Source of the DNA: Bacteroidales bacterium
Lineage (GTDB): Bacteria > Bacteroidota > Bacteroidia > Bacteroidales > UBA3824
Length of the DNA stretch: 64,000 bases
Reading direction: 5' to 3'
Assembly (NCBI GenBank): GCA_024401025.1
Contig: JAKSLV010000002.1
Span: 43-64,042, forward strand
Shown: positions 36,839-45,887 of the stretch, one piece after another
How positions within the stretch are numbered: position 1 is the stretch's first letter
Layout of the letters: every line of letters begins with the position of its first letter
Program-made: the position numbers and the translations under genes
The notes under the pieces: model-generated
Databases searched by the model: none
What the model was told of the DNA's origin: nothing
The model's input: the letters and a program-made list of their open reading frames with translations, nothing else

Positions 36839-37300
36839 TTATCTAAGGTCGTTTAAATTAATAAGTTTAGGCTGCTGAGCCTCGTGATCGTGCTTGTCAC
36901 CCTGGAAAACCTTGAGGTTCTTGATGATAGCATCGCCGAGCTTGGTTTTTGGGAGCATACCACGTACAGCCTTCTCGATAATGCGCTCATAGCCGTTGCC
37001 CTTCTTTACGAAGTCCTTGGCGAGCTCGATTCTCTGACCTCCTGGATAGCCAGTGTAGTGTACATACTCCTTCTGAGCCATCTTCTTGCCGGTCATTCTA
37101 ATCTTGTCGGCATTGATTACCACTACATTGTCACCACAATCTACGTGTGGGGTGTAGTTCACTTTGTACTTGCCTCTGAGGAGCATGGCTACCTTAGAAG
37201 CAAAACGTCCTAATGTCTGGTCTGTCGCATCAACGAGAAGCCACTCCTTGTTTACTGTGGCCTTGTTGGCGGAGACTGTCTTGTAACTTAATGAATCCAC
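36839..37300 (-). CDS. rplM: 50S ribosomal protein L13 (GTG start)
   Basis: DSLSYKTVSANKATVNKEWLLVDA...GRFASKVAMLLRGK is a canonical L13. The first codon reads GTG on the minus strand (37300-37298). Confidence 0.93.
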   Translation of the reverse strand: MDSLSYKTVSANKATVNKEWLLVDATDQTLGRFASKVAMLLRGKYKVNYTPHVDCGDNVVVINADKIRMTGKKMAQKEYVHYTGYPGGQRIELAKDFVKKGNGYERIIEKAVRGMLPKTKLGDAIIKNLKVFQGDKHDHEAQQPKLINLNDLR

Positions 37301-37367
37301 GTTTTTTAAGTAATTAAAAGTTTTTTAAATAAATTTACTTTGCTAACTTTGATAATATTCGGGTGCG

Positions 37368-37375
37368 CAAAGGTA
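37368..37375 (-). promoter_or_regulatory. Candidate -7 box for the rplM-rpsI-rpsB-tsf operon
   Basis: The minus strand reads TACCTTTG followed by CGCACCCGAATA, about 68 nt upstream of the rplM start. Confidence 0.4.
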
Positions 37376-37427
37376 TAATATTTTTTTTGATTCGGCAATA
37401 GTTTGGATAATTTTTTTTCGAAAAAGT

Positions 37428-37811
37428 TCAAAAAACATTTCTGAGCACCCAATATGCTATTATCGCAACAAGCCAAAACACCGACGCCCAAAGGCCGGTG
37501 AGGCTAAGCCTCAGCTGCTCGCACCGGGGGCCGAACCACCTGAGGCGCATCAGCTGGGTTACCGCTATGTATATGCCGCCCACCCACAGCAGGGGATTCT
37601 GCCTGAACGATTCGGCAAACTGGCCGTGGAGCAGGAAATGCAGCGCGCGCTGGCTGCCGCATCCGGGACACTTCCATCCGGTAATGACATAAAAGCCGCA
37701 CTTGGGGAACATGTTGCTCTCCAGCGGATTGTATTTAAAATAAACAAATGCCATTGCAGCCACAAATATTATGGCTGCAACGGCAATCAGTATGGTAAAC
37801 TTTTTCTGCAT
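37428..37811 (-). CDS. DUF2752 family membrane protein
   Basis: 127 aa with CPGCGSQRA after TM1 and several further TM helices, the pattern of DUF2752. Confidence 0.7.
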   Translation of the reverse strand: MQKKFTILIAVAAIIFVAAMAFVYFKYNPLESNMFPKCGFYVITGWKCPGCGSQRALHFLLHGQFAESFRQNPLLWVGGIYIAVTQLMRLRWFGPRCEQLRLSLTGLWASVFWLVAIIAYWVLRNVF

Positions 37812-38437
37812 CAGTATCCATTAGCTGCGGCAAATATAATAAAAACAAAGTACAGGACAATCACAAGCAGAGCAACCACTATGCTGATGATGGCCCACTT
37901 TTTGGCCTCGTCGGAGTTTCTCCTGGCCTCGTCGAACTCGCCCCTGGCCCAGCATGAATCCACCTTGGCTGCCTTCACGATGCTCACTATGCCGGCAGGC
38001 CAGCAGCAGAGCACTGTGGAGATTATGGCCAATACAAGGTAGTTGTCGGGCTTCCTCATGCCGTTGTTGTTGGCTCCGTTGTTGTAGGCGCCATTCTGCA
38101 TATATGTGTTGGCGTTGTTGGGCGCTGCCGGGTATCCGCCGCTTACATTCTGGCCCAATCCCGTGGGCTGCTGCTGATGGGTCTGATACTCAGGCGAATT
38201 GCTGTTGCCGCCCTGATACTGGCTGCTGGCTTCTACATTGGGAGGATAACCCGACAAATCTTGGGGTTCTTGGTGGTCCAATCCCATTGCGAGAGCCAAC
38301 TCAGGCACCTCAGAGGCGCGTGTCCAATCACTCATGCCGGGACACCACACCTTGGTATCAGGCTTTATCTGAGTGATAAGCAAGTCCACCGAAAGAGGAC
38401 CCATCTGCGAATTATTTTCAATGTAGAAATACTCCAT
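37811..38437 (-). CDS. GYF-like (DUF4339) N-domain fused to a CD225/dispanin membrane domain
   Basis: N-terminal WFY..NG...GP.....L pattern (YFYIENNSQMGPLSVDLL...VWCPGMSDW), a Q/N/G/Y-rich linker, and C-terminal ISTVLCCWPAGIVSIVKAAKV...W, which is typical of CD225. Confidence 0.7.
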   Translation of the reverse strand: MEYFYIENNSQMGPLSVDLLITQIKPDTKVWCPGMSDWTRASEVPELALAMGLDHQEPQDLSGYPPNVEASSQYQGGNSNSPEYQTHQQQPTGLGQNVSGGYPAAPNNANTYMQNGAYNNGANNNGMRKPDNYLVLAIISTVLCCWPAGIVSIVKAAKVDSCWARGEFDEARRNSDEAKKWAIISIVVALLVIVLYFVFIIFAAANGY

Positions 38438-38466
38438 AGTCTATATCAGTTATTTACGTTTATACC

Positions 38467-39756
38467 TTAGTAAAGAATTGGCAGAATCTTTGGATCCTCC
38501 AGCAGGAGGTCGCTCTTGGCGGTCCTGATCTCAGCGATAGCCTTCTCGATGGCCTCCAGAGTGCAGCTCTCGGTCTCGATGGAGAAGTCGGCGGTATCGC
38601 CGCTGCCGCTGAATCTGTTGTGGCCCACGGTCTCGATGTTGATTCCCTGCTTGCCTATTGCAGTGGTGATGATGCCGGTGGTGCCGGGCAGGTTGTTGGT
38701 GCGGAACGATATCAGGTAAGGGAAGCTTACCTTCTTGCTGTCGCCGAGGGTGTACTTGGGCTCCTCGTTGTATGCGGGAACATCGCCGTGGCGTGCTATG
38801 AAAACGATGTCTGATACTATCGACATTGCGGTCTCGGAGCTGCCGGCGCCCTTGCCGATAAGGAAGTGGGTATCAGAATACTTGTTGTCGAGGCGCACTG
38901 CGTTTACGGCAAAGTTTACGCTTGAGAGTATGTTGTCGTTTTTCACCACCATAGGACGTACCATGGCGTATACCTGCTTGTCTTCCAACTTGGCAAAACA
39001 GATAAGCTTTATGGAAGCGTTTATCTCCTTGGCAAAATCCATGTCGCTCTTTGTGATATTCTGGATGCCGGCAATAGAGAGTTCCTCCATTGTAACCTTG
39101 AGTCCGAAGGCGAGCTTCAGGAGCAGTATCAGCTTGTGGCTGGCATCGCCGCCGTTGATGTCGAGACTTGGGTCGGCCTCGGCGTATCCGTTCTGCTGAG
39201 CAAGCTTAAGGGCCTCGGCAAAATCCAAGCCCTGATACTGCATCTGTGTGAGGATGTAGTTGCTGGTGCCGTTCATGATGCCGCTCACCTGCTCTATGAT
39301 ATCACCTGTAAAACACTCCTTGATGCCCTTGATGATGGGAATTGCACCGCACACTGCGGCCTCGAAACCCAGCTGGAGGTTCTTTGTCTCGGCCTCGGCA
39401 AATATGTCGGCACCGCGCTCTGCGAGCAGGGCCTTGTTGGCTGTAACGAGGTTTTTGCCACTCTTCAGCACATTAAGGCAGGTGTCGTGTACGAAATCGC
39501 TCTTGCCGCCCATGGTCTCCACCACGAGGTCGATGTCCTGCATCTCGATGATCTCCTTGATGCTGTTCTTGGAGAAATATTTGGCATCCAGGCCAAAACG
39601 CTTGATGGCGGCCTCTGGATTAAGCTCTGCAATCACCTTAAGGTTTATCTCGCGTCCGGCGCGCTTAGAGAGAAGCTCTTTCTGCTCTGTAAGGATCTTG
39701 GCAACACCGCCACCTACTGTGCCGCAGCCAAGTATCGCAATATTTAATGGTTTCAT
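38467..39756 (-). CDS. hom: Homoserine dehydrogenase
   Basis: NAD-binding N-terminus IAILGCGTVGGGV, catalytic-domain motif GIMNGTSNYILT, and a C-terminal ACT-like domain. Confidence 0.88.
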   Translation of the reverse strand: MKPLNIAILGCGTVGGGVAKILTEQKELLSKRAGREINLKVIAELNPEAAIKRFGLDAKYFSKNSIKEIIEMQDIDLVVETMGGKSDFVHDTCLNVLKSGKNLVTANKALLAERGADIFAEAETKNLQLGFEAAVCGAIPIIKGIKECFTGDIIEQVSGIMNGTSNYILTQMQYQGLDFAEALKLAQQNGYAEADPSLDINGGDASHKLILLLKLAFGLKVTMEELSIAGIQNITKSDMDFAKEINASIKLICFAKLEDKQVYAMVRPMVVKNDNILSSVNFAVNAVRLDNKYSDTHFLIGKGAGSSETAMSIVSDIVFIARHGDVPAYNEEPKYTLGDSKKVSFPYLISFRTNNLPGTTGIITTAIGKQGINIETVGHNRFSGSGDTADFSIETESCTLEAIEKAIAEIRTAKSDLLLEDPKILPILY

Positions 39757-39858
39757 CTTTTGATTTAATCGTTTTTGGTATTGTTATATAAATTACCGCG
39801 CAATTTATATCATTTTTTTGAATCTGAAAAATAAATCGCACAAATTTTTTGCAGCGTA

Positions 39859-40500
39859 CTAATGCAGGCTGGGCTGTATCAGCCTAAGGAACTCCTCGCG
39901 CGTGATCTTGTTGCTGAGGAAAGATCCCGAGAAGGCCGATGTTGTGGTGATGGAGTTTTGTTTCTGCACTCCACGCATCATCATGCACAGGTGGTGGGCC
40001 TCTATCACAACCGCCACGCCCTGAGGCTTCAGGGTCTCCTGTATGCAGTCGCGGATCTGCTCGGTAAGCCTCTCCTGCACCTGCAGGCGGCGCGCGTATG
40101 CATCCACCACGCGGGCTATCTTGCTAAGGCCCGTAATGGTGCCGTTGGGGATGTAGGCCACGTGGGCCTTGCCGAAAAACGGAAGCAAGTGGTGCTCGCA
40201 CATGGAATACAGCTCGATGTCCTTCACAAGCACCATCTGCGAGTAGTCCTCCTTGAAGAGGGCGCCCTCCAGAATCTTCTTGGGGTCGATCTGATAGCCC
40301 TGGGTGCAAAACTGGAAAGCCTTGGCCACGCGCATGGGCGTATCCATGAGGCCGTCGCGCTGGGTGTCCTCGCCCACGCAGCCCAGCATGGTTTTCACGG
40401 CCTGGGCAATGCTGTCGGTAACCTCGGTATTGTACCTCTCGATCTTGATATAGCGGGTGTCGGCGCTGTTCACCACACCTTTTTCTGTAAAATCTGTCAT
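39859..40500 (-). CDS. folE: GTP cyclohydrolase I
   Basis: [20 protein letters not shown] and [15 protein letters not shown] are canonical FolE motifs. Confidence 0.93.
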   Translation of the reverse strand: MTDFTEKGVVNSADTRYIKIERYNTEVTDSIAQAVKTMLGCVGEDTQRDGLMDTPMRVAKAFQFCTQGYQIDPKKILEGALFKEDYSQMVLVKDIELYSMCEHHLLPFFGKAHVAYIPNGTITGLSKIARVVDAYARRLQVQERLTEQIRDCIQETLKPQGVAVVIEAHHLCMMMRGVQKQNSITTTSAFSGSFLSNKITREEFLRLIQPSLH

Positions 40501-40596
40501 CTAAATAAAAAAAATTACGTAATTTTGTTGTAGGCTGATACGCCCAAAAAAATATCTGCAAAAGTAAATGAAATTTTCCGTAAACTTGCAAACAAA

Positions 40597-41343
40597 ATGA
40601 AAACTTCACATAAACTACTGATTAGCGCCAGCTGCGCGGCCGAGCTCATGGGCTCGCATTGCATTAAGCATCAGCTAGATAACATAGCCACCGGGCAGAT
40701 ACGCGCCATAAACCCCGTGGCCGACGTGCTGATACACGGAGTGGGAATGTTCCAGAGCCAGTATCAGCTCATGAAAGCCCTGCAGAGAGAGCGATACGGG
40801 CTGGTGGTGGTGGCGGGCATAGCCGGAGCGTACAGCACAAGCATCAGGCTGACAGATACTTACATGGTATGCAGCAACGCCTTTGCCGACTGCGCCACCG
40901 AAAACCCCGACGGCACCATGGCCCCGGTGGTGGGCTCCAGATTCCTGCCCGGCAACACGCCGCCGTTCACCAACGGGCGCATAGAGAGCCGGGCTTCCCA
41001 GGAGCTGGGCCTGATGCTGGGGCTTAAATGCGCCCGGGCCAACACCGTGAGCCGCATCAGCACCCGCAAGGAAAGCATCAGCGAGATACTCAGGCTTCAC
41101 CCTGCCGAGCTGGAGACTATGGAATCGGCCGCGCTGGCATACACGTGCGCCATGGAGGGCGTGGAATACGCCGAGATAAGGAGCGTATCCAACCACACGC
41201 TGCCAAAAAGCGAGCAAAAATGGATGTTTGCCGAATCAACCGCCAGCCTCGGCAAAATTATTGACGAAATGCTGGACAACAACTGCAAAATGTTGGAAGA
41301 ATATTTGGAGCAAAGAGCAAAAAATCATATCTTAGCACCATGA
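40597..41343 (+). CDS. PNP/UDP-phosphorylase-fold hydrolase, futalosine hydrolase (MqnB)-like
   Basis: 248 aa. GVGMFQSQ, VVVAGIAGAY, and ETMESAALAYTCAMEGVEYAEIRSVSN resemble the MTA/SAH-nucleosidase / MqnB family. Confidence 0.55.
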   Translation: MKTSHKLLISASCAAELMGSHCIKHQLDNIATGQIRAINPVADVLIHGVGMFQSQYQLMKALQRERYGLVVVAGIAGAYSTSIRLTDTYMVCSNAFADCATENPDGTMAPVVGSRFLPGNTPPFTNGRIESRASQELGLMLGLKCARANTVSRISTRKESISEILRLHPAELETMESAALAYTCAMEGVEYAEIRSVSNHTLPKSEQKWMFAESTASLGKIIDEMLDNNCKMLEEYLEQRAKNHILAP

Positions 41344-43757
41344 TTAAAAATATGAGACACATATTCTGCATAGCCATAATCATGGCCTGCCTGGCATGGG
41401 CGCAATACGCCCACGGAGCCGGGCCCGCCGATCTGGAATGCAGAATATCAATGATATACATAAACGACACAATAATATATCCGGGGCACGGACCCATACC
41501 CCAGAACATTGTGCTGAACGGCAACAACAAGATAAAAATTGCCGCCATGGGCATTGTGTCCAACAACATCGACAGCACACAGGCCGTGGAATACACATGG
41601 CGCCTGGTGAGCCACAACGACGAATGGGCGCAGTGGAGCACCCAGAGGGAATTCACATTCTGCCGTCTGAGGGCCGGCACGTACACATTCCAGACCAAGG
41701 CAAGGATAGAAAACACCGCCATCACAGAGCCCGAAACCATAACATTCGAGGTAAGGGCTCCATTCATGGAATCGGGCTACGGCATCATGAGCATAGTGCT
41801 GATGCTGCTGCTGATAACCGGGGCCGCCACATGGATGGTATGGCGCAAGGCAAACGGACAGAAAATGCAGCTAAAGGCCACACTCGACAAGTGCATGGAC
41901 AGCCTCAAGGACGCCAACACCAAACTATCCAGCCAGCAGGAGAGCCACAACAAGAACATCCAAGTGCTGAGTCTGCTGAGCAAGGCAGGACAAAACATCA
42001 TCAAGAACTTTACGCTGAAAGAGATATACCAGACCACATACGACGAGATAAACAAATTTTTCGAGACCGACAACATAGGCATCGGCACCTACAACGCCCC
42101 ACACAACAGCATAGATTTCAGCAGCTTCATAATGAACGGCGAGAAGATGCCATTTGCTAGATACAAGCTGGACTACGAGAACATCATGGAGGTGTACTGC
42201 TACCTGAACAACAAGACCATAGTGCTGGACGACTATCAGCAGCAGATAGGCAAATACATCGACATCAGCAAGCAGGTATCAGACACCAAGACAGTGGGAT
42301 CGGCGGTATACATGCCCCTGTTCGACAACGAGATGACCATAGGCGTGCTAACCATACACAACAACGCCACAAACTATTTCAACAGCTATCACCTGGGCAT
42401 TATACACAACATAGCATCGTATCTGGAGACCGCCATCGTAAACTACTACACCGACCGCAAGGCCAAGCGCCGACAGAAACTGCTGGAAGACCGCACCATA
42501 GTGCTCCAGAAAACCAACACCGACCTGGAGCGCAGCCAGGCCCAGCTTCAGACAATGTCGGTAGCCCTCACCAACACCGACAACTCGGTGGTGATACTCG
42601 ACAAGGACGGAAACCTGATATGGGGAAACATGGGATTCTCAAAGATTTTCGGATACGGGTTCAACGAGTACATACACGACAGCCCATTCTACAAGGACGC
42701 CATACGTCAGAAAGACGCAATCCCATATTTCAACAAGACATACCAGGATATAAAGCCGGTATCGTTCTCGCTGCCGCACATCAGCAAAAACGGCCACGAG
42801 GTGTGGACACAAACCAACATCACCCCCATCACCGACAAGAACGGCAAGCTGCTGCAGGTGGTGGCCGTGGATACCGACATATCGTCGCTAAAGGAGGCCG
42901 AAAGCAAGATAACCAGACAGCGCAACGAGATAGAGGCCAAAAACAAGGACCTTACAAGGAGCATAGAATACGCATCCACCATACAGACGGCGCTCATGAC
43001 GGGAAGGGCACAGCTGCTCAGGAATTTCAAGAAGAGTTTCCTGATGCTTCAGCCCAAAGACATAGTATCTGGCGACTTTTTCTGGATGGGCGAGAAATTC
43101 GGAAGAAAATACACCGCCCTCTGCGACTGTGCCGGCCACGGCGTTCCGGGCGCTTTCCTATCTATGATGGGCAAGGTTTTCCTCGACGAGATTCTACAGA
43201 ACTTAAAGGTGGAAGATTCGCCGGCCACCATCATCCGACGCCTAAACGACAAGCTCTACACATCCATCAACGGACTCAGCAGCAAGGTGGGCGGCATCGA
43301 CGGAATGGATACCGTGGTGTGCATGATAAACTCGCGCAACACATTGATAGTATACGCTGGAGCATACCGACCGCTATTTCTGGTGAAGGACGGCGAGCTT
43401 CAGATAATAGCTCCCGACAAGTGCTCTACGGGCAACCTGCCGCCCGACAGCGATTTCCAATGGGAAGACCACACCATACAGGTGAAGGAAGGCGATTTTG
43501 TGCTGATGTGCTCCGACGGATATTCCGACCAGTTTGGCCAGGAGAACGGCAAAAAACTTGGACGCCGCAATTTCACAAACCTGATACTGGAGGCCTCGAA
43601 AATGGACAACGCCGAGGATATGGAGAATTTCTTCAGAGAAAGCCTCTTTAAATGGAAGGGCACACAGGAACAGGTGGACGACATCTCGATAGCCGCCATC
43701 AAGATAGCCCCGATGGACGAGGAATCGCTCAACTATGACGACGACGAGGACGAGTAA
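41340..43757 (+). CDS. Membrane sensor phosphatase: periplasmic Y_Y_Y-type domain, TM, GAF, PAS, PP2C/SpoIIE
   Basis: Signal peptide, Y_Y_Y-like EYTWRL...WAQWSTQREFTFCRLRAGTYTFQTKA, TM IVLMLLLITGAATWMVW, PAS (VVILDKDGNLIWGNMGFSKIFGY), and SpoIIE (SGDFFW...CDCAGHGVPGAF...DGMD...CSDGYSDQ). ATGA overlap with the upstream gene. Confidence 0.8.
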   Translation: MIKNMRHIFCIAIIMACLAWAQYAHGAGPADLECRISMIYINDTIIYPGHGPIPQNIVLNGNNKIKIAAMGIVSNNIDSTQAVEYTWRLVSHNDEWAQWSTQREFTFCRLRAGTYTFQTKARIENTAITEPETITFEVRAPFMESGYGIMSIVLMLLLITGAATWMVWRKANGQKMQLKATLDKCMDSLKDANTKLSSQQESHNKNIQVLSLLSKAGQNIIKNFTLKEIYQTTYDEINKFFETDNIGIGTYNAPHNSIDFSSFIMNGEKMPFARYKLDYENIMEVYCYLNNKTIVLDDYQQQIGKYIDISKQVSDTKTVGSAVYMPLFDNEMTIGVLTIHNNATNYFNSYHLGIIHNIASYLETAIVNYYTDRKAKRRQKLLEDRTIVLQKTNTDLERSQAQLQTMSVALTNTDNSVVILDKDGNLIWGNMGFSKIFGYGFNEYIHDSPFYKDAIRQKDAIPYFNKTYQDIKPVSFSLPHISKNGHEVWTQTNITPITDKNGKLLQVVAVDTDISSLKEAESKITRQRNEIEAKNKDLTRSIEYASTIQTALMTGRAQLLRNFKKSFLMLQPKDIVSGDFFWMGEKFGRKYTALCDCAGHGVPGAFLSMMGKVFLDEILQNLKVEDSPATIIRRLNDKLYTSINGLSSKVGGIDGMDTVVCMINSRNTLIVYAGAYRPLFLVKDGELQIIAPDKCSTGNLPPDSDFQWEDHTIQVKEGDFVLMCSDGYSDQFGQENGKKLGRRNFTNLILEASKMDNAEDMENFFRESLFKWKGTQEQVDDISIAAIKIAPMDEESLNYDDDEDE

Positions 43758-43790
43758 ACATTCACCCCCAACACATATATTATATAAAGC

Positions 43791-43836
43791 AAAAATCCCT
43801 TGCCCATACAATAACGGTATGCGCAAGGGATTTGTT
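43791..43836. terminator. Bidirectional terminator between the sensor gene and the convergent lipoprotein gene
   Basis: AAATCCCTTGC-CATAC...GTATG-GCAAGGGATTT: an 11-bp outer stem plus a 5-bp inner stem. Confidence 0.65.
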
Positions 43837-43868
43837 GGTTTTGTAATCTTACTGAAGGACGGCCGCCA

Positions 43869-44306
43869 TTACTGCTTGCTCATCTTCAGGGTCTCTGATG
43901 TTGCCAATGTAATGGTGAGCTGAGTCTCGCCAGAGAGCTGACCCTGATAGTTGAATTTGTCGTCGCCAGTTCCGGTAAACTTACCGGCTTTCTCGTCGTA
44001 GGTGTAGGGCGATATTTTAACAACCACTGGCTTGAATTTGTCGTCGGTGTTTTTCGACAAGTCCTGCTTTACGTAGTAGTTCAGGGTGATGTCGCTGGCG
44101 GTAACGGTAAGCAACGCTGTGGTGCCTATCGCCTGGTTTCCTTTCCACTTGGAACTCTTGAACTGAGCCTCGGAAAGATAGGTGACAGTAGGCTCAGGTG
44201 TGGGGTCGTCGTTTCCGGAACTGCCCTTGTCCTTGCCCTTGCATGAGGTTCCCAGACAAATGATGGCCACCATCATCATCGAGAATAAAAATCGTAATGC
44301 TTTCAT
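43869..44306 (-). CDS. Hypothetical small lipoprotein
   Basis: Lipobox ICLGTSCKG; 145 aa, beta-rich; no family recognised. Confidence 0.6.
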   Translation of the reverse strand: MKALRFLFSMMMVAIICLGTSCKGKDKGSSGNDDPTPEPTVTYLSEAQFKSSKWKGNQAIGTTALLTVTASDITLNYYVKQDLSKNTDDKFKPVVVKISPYTYDEKAGKFTGTGDDKFNYQGQLSGETQLTITLATSETLKMSKQ

Positions 44307-44378
44307 AATTTATAGATTTTGATTTGTGGGTTCAAAAATACAAAAAAAATCCAAGAAACAAGCCTTTTGCAGGATTAT

Positions 44379-45881
44379 TTATCCGGCAATAATCTTGAAA
44401 GCAGCAGGCAGATTGCCAATGATGTCGGAAGCCAGCAGGCCCTGAGGCACATCCACGATGTCGGCAGCCTTGCCATGGAGCCATACACCCATTATGGCGG
44501 CCAGTCTTGGGCGGTATCCCTGCGATAGCAACGCCGCTATTATGCCCGTAAGCACATCGCCGCTTCCGGCTGTGGCCATCGACGGGTTTCCAGTGCTGTT
44601 GAAGTATACCGAGCCGTCGCTGCAGCATACGGCGGTATGCGCACCCTTCAGCACTATTATAATATTGTATCTGGCAGCCATCTTGCGGGCCAGCTCTATG
44701 CGCTCCAGCGAGTTGGCAGTATTGCCGAACAGCCTCTCGAACTCCTTGGGATGCGGAGTAAGGATGGCATCTCTCGGCACCATATCCATCATGGCAGGAT
44801 TGGCCGCCATGATGTTGAGAGCGTCGGCATCCAATACAAGATTGCGCTCCACGGCTCCAAGCAGCGATTCCAGCATGGCAGCCGTGATGCTGTCGGTGCC
44901 AAGTCCGGGACCCGCGGCCACGGCCTTGTATTTATCCAGACCTTCCACAAGAGATACTATGCTGCAATTGCTGTCTACGTCCACCATTGTCTCGGGCGAT
45001 GCTGTCTGCATGATGTCCAGCAATGCCGACGGCACGTGGGCTGAAACCAAACCTGCGCCAGCCCTATGGCAAGCCCTGGCGCACAATATGGCCGCGCCTG
45101 CCTTGCCTTTGGATCCTGATACCAGCAATGTGTGTCCGAATGTGCCCTTGTGGGAGAATTTCTTGCGAGGAATGTAATATTCGGCCACCTCGCTGTCGGT
45201 AACATAGAAATACGGTGTTATGAAATCGTCGCCCTCCATTCCCGAAAGGCCGATATCCACAATGCGGAAATCGCCCACGCAGTCCTGATTCTCGGGCAGC
45301 ATCAGGGATACAAAGGGAGTGCCTATGGTGAGAGTGCAGTCGGCATACACTTCCGACACATCGTTCATGGAGGCTATGCCGTAGTCCGACAGGCCCGACG
45401 GAATGTCGATGGAGATGGTGAAAGCCGACGAAATATTGATGGCACGCACGATATCAGCCACAAAACCCGATATGGGGCGGCTGAGGCCAGAGCCCAGAAT
45501 GGCATCCACCACGATATCAGAGCCTTGGATGGCTGGAATATCGCTGTCCGAATTTATATCATGGAGTATTCCTATGGGTTTTATGCGGTTGTAGTTGGAG
45601 AGATTGTCGTCGCTGTAGTGCTTGAAAGACTTTATGGCGTAGCAGTCCACATTGGCGCCGCGGCCGTGGAGCATACGTGCAATGGCGAAACCATCGCCGC
45701 CATTGTTGCCACCGCCGCAGAAAATCACGAAATGCTTCTGCTGGATATCTGCCACGATATCAGCAATATGCTCTGTGATACGCTCGGCGGCACGCTCCAT
45801 AAGCAGAAGCGATGTAATGCCCTCTTTCTTAATGGTGGACGCATCAAGCTGATGCATCAAAGCAGAATCCAGTATTTTCAT
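44379..45881 (-). CDS. nnr: Bifunctional NAD(P)H-hydrate epimerase / ADP-dependent dehydratase
   Basis: N-terminal YjeF_N (FCGGGNNGGDGF) and C-terminal carbohydrate-kinase domain (GPGLG..., GNPSMATAGSGDVLTG). Confidence 0.9.
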   Translation of the reverse strand: MKILDSALMHQLDASTIKKEGITSLLLMERAAERITEHIADIVADIQQKHFVIFCGGGNNGGDGFAIARMLHGRGANVDCYAIKSFKHYSDDNLSNYNRIKPIGILHDINSDSDIPAIQGSDIVVDAILGSGLSRPISGFVADIVRAINISSAFTISIDIPSGLSDYGIASMNDVSEVYADCTLTIGTPFVSLMLPENQDCVGDFRIVDIGLSGMEGDDFITPYFYVTDSEVAEYYIPRKKFSHKGTFGHTLLVSGSKGKAGAAILCARACHRAGAGLVSAHVPSALLDIMQTASPETMVDVDSNCSIVSLVEGLDKYKAVAAGPGLGTDSITAAMLESLLGAVERNLVLDADALNIMAANPAMMDMVPRDAILTPHPKEFERLFGNTANSLERIELARKMAARYNIIIVLKGAHTAVCCSDGSVYFNSTGNPSMATAGSGDVLTGIIAALLSQGYRPRLAAIMGVWLHGKAADIVDVPQGLLASDIIGNLPAAFKIIAG

Positions 45882-45887
45882 AGGCGG

